From: Isurus oxyrinchus
Lineage: Eukaryota
Assembly (NCBI GenBank): GCA_026770705.1
Contig: JANJGN010000005.1
Coordinates: 185,318,001 to 185,382,000, forward strand
Length of the DNA stretch: 64,000 nucleotides
Reading direction: 5' to 3'
The translations under genes and the position numbers were made by a program. Below, piece by piece: positions 61,650 through 64,000 of the stretch. Within the stretch, counting starts at the first letter, position 1; each line of letters begins with the position of its first letter. The notes beneath the pieces are model-generated. The model worked only from the letters and a program-made list of their open reading frames with translations. It had not been told where the DNA came from and made no database searches.

Positions 61650-61990
61650 CATATTCATCCATGGTAGGTAGGTATCGTTGGCAAGGCCAACATTTATTGT
61701 GTATCCCTAATTGCCCTTGAGAAGGTGATAGTGAGGTGCTTTCTTGAACTGCTGCAGTCCAAGTGGTATGTAATACTATTATGAAGGTTTCATTCAGGGT
61801 GGTGTGTGACTCGGAGGGGAACTTGCAGGTGGTGGTGTTCCCAGGCATCTCTTGCCCTTGTCCTTCTGGGTGGTAGAGATTGCAGGTTTGGAAGGTGGTG
61901 TCGAAGGAGCCTTGGTGAGTTGCTGCAGTGCATCTTGTAGATGGCACACACTGCTGCTACTGTGTGTTGGTGGTGGAAGGATGGTTAACT
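61650..61990 (-). mobile_element. Family B LINE 3' end
   Basis: 'catttattgtgtatccctaattgcccttgagaaggtg', 'gctgcagtgcatcttgtagatgg'. Confidence 0.8.
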
Positions 61991-62029
61991 TGGTGGTAAA
62001 AAGTAACATTAAATGTTCTGTAGCATTTC

Positions 62030-62260
62030 TTTGAAGAAGCACAAGGAAGTTCTCTCTGGTGTTCTCACTAATAGTTATGCCTCACCCAACATTGCTAAAA
62101 ACAGATGACCTAAGATGAGGTCATTACCTCACTGCTGTTTGTGGGAGCTTGCTGTGTGCCGTGTTTCCTACATAACAACAGTGGCTACACTTCAAAAGTA
62201 CTACCTTGATCATATAGTGCTTTGGGACATCCTGAGGTGATGAAAGGTACTGTATAAAGT
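62030..62260 (+). mobile_element. SINE 3' half (DeuSINE-like)
   Basis: 'tgctgtttgtgggagcttgctgtgtgc', 'ctacacttcaaaagtac', and tail. Confidence 0.7.
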
Positions 62261-63539
62261 TGCAAATCAGTTAATCAATGGCAAAATGGAGTTGAGCTCA
62301 CCCCTTGGCATTGATGCTAATGTACCAGGAGTTTTGAGGGTGGATTAAGTTGAATTTTCTGACAGGAGTTTCTCATCCTAGGAGTGGAACATTCAGCAAG
62401 GCAATAGATCTGCGGAAAGTGTGCCAAAAGAAGGCTGTCCCTATTAAAGACCAATTGCAGAAGCATCGGACATGCCAGTGTCTAGTCAAGGCCCTGACAC
62501 ATGCTGCATAGAGAAAGGTCACTAACCATGTCAGTCCTTGATTCCTGGCTTCAAATCAGAAAGGCATTTGTTGGGATTAGGAGAAAGCTAACTGTCCTCC
62601 GGAGTTTTGGCTCACATCTATTAACAATGAGACAAACCAGAGTTAGGCACCACGCCATGTTGAGAGAGACTCCTCAGTGCACAGTGCACCACCACTGTTC
62701 TTTTGTTCTTTAGTGCTTGAGCACCAAGTACTGCTGCATGGAGGACAGGAAGGAGAATCTGTCAGGAAAGATCTCAAGCCTCTTTCAGAACCTAATGGAT
62801 ACGAGGGCATTTCTCAGTGGGGTCAGAACCTAAGTTCACCCTGCCACCCTGCAGCAGGTGGCACAGCTTTGGATCAGCCACCCCTTTTGAAGTGCAAACA
62901 ACACATGTCCAGGTAGAGAAGGGTTTTGGGGTGGAGGAGCGGGTGGGGGTGGGGTGGTGTTCTATGGGTAGTGACAGGTCATTACACCTGCATTTATCAC
63001 CTTCTCTCTAACCTGCTTTCCTTTTTTGAATCACGGTGTGTGATTGGATCCTACAAAAGAAAATCCCATCAGTCTCTCAATGTTTAAAAGCACCGTGAAT
63101 TATGAAAGATAGTATGAGCGAGAAAAAGGAATGGTAGATGAACTAGCAAAGCTGGCTAATGCACAGATGTGTGTGTCATGAAAATTACATAACTAAATAT
63201 ACCAGATACACACTCTTCAACATCAGCTTTAAGAAGTTGACATGAGGAGTCAGGTTAGGGTTAGGCTAGCTTATCTGGAAGGAGCTGTGCAGTGTTGGCA
63301 GGATGATCCAAAACTGGGAACTTTTGATCTTGGACACAACTTAAATAACAATTTTGATTAAAGAAGACTCACTAAGCTCCCCTTTCTCCCCAGTGATTGC
63401 ACCCAACTCAAATTTCTCATATAAAAAGTCCTGGAAACACTCATCGTGTGTGGAGAGAGAAACAGAGACAGCGAAACTAGTTCTGCTGAAAAGTCATCCA
63501 CCTGGAATGTTGGGCTCCATCTTGGGGTGGTGTTGAGGT

Positions 63540-64000
63540 TCTTGCCTGCCAGCTGGAGGGCCAGTGAGGGACCCGCGGTGTCTCTTTTCAGGAAGGCCAG
63601 CCAAACCACATGCCAATCAGGCAGCAGCAATGTCGCTGAGGGTCCTTCCCCTGATGTCAAGACCCCACGGGCCCCGATTCCACCTAGTGAGAGCTGCTAG
63701 CCAATCAGAGGCCAGAAGTTCATGCGTTCGGCAGCACCACAGCAGAGGCCGTGTCTGCGTGCCTGGAAGGGCCCCCTGGAGCCCCAGGGTTGTGGAGGAG
63801 CCAGGCTACAGCTAAGTAATATTGGGCATTGGGAGTAGGAGAGTGGGGGCGGGTAGGGGGGGCGTTCATGAGGTTGGGTTTGTGGGGAAAGGAGGGGTGA
63901 GGGTGATCAGAAACAAGGGCTGGGGGGTGGTTGGGTCTCAGCAGCGCCCCCTCCCTCCCCTCCCTGTTGTCCAGTCCCTCGATCAGGCACTGGTTGCTTT
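63540..64000. mobile_element. GC-rich MITE-like element (family C), runs off window
   Basis: 'gagagctgctagccaatcagaggcc' and a G-rich tract, as in 3800-4080 and 44100-44420. Confidence 0.5.

Noticed and set aside
62330-62650. Possible further Myb/SANT relic
   Set aside because: Too decayed to translate into a convincing motif.

Overview
Eukaryotic, repeat-dominated, essentially non-coding DNA. The repeat repertoire points to a cartilaginous fish, probably a shark (inferred, not database-confirmed): CR1 and L2 LINEs, tRNA-headed DeuSINE/SacSINE1-like SINEs, Penelope-like elements, PIF/Harbinger-type MITEs, and Vingi and RTE relics. I found no intact, nameable host CDS. The longer ORFs are either decayed retroelement fragments (CR1 esterase/APE/RT, L2 RT, Vingi RT, Penelope GIY-YIG) or Harbinger Myb/SANT relics. 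A few repeat-free islands carry GT donor sites, all on the minus strand, which suggests the window is the intron-rich 5' part of a minus-strand gene. The most notable system is a set of Penelope-derived insertions carrying minimal type I hammerhead ribozyme motifs. Three of them are TSD-flanked, asymmetric inverted-repeat cassettes (40.6, 49.6 and 59.6 kb) that share a non-canonical CUGUYGA core. A second hammerhead family sits at 59.54 kb. Repeat boundaries were read by eye and are approximate unless a TSD or TIR is given.
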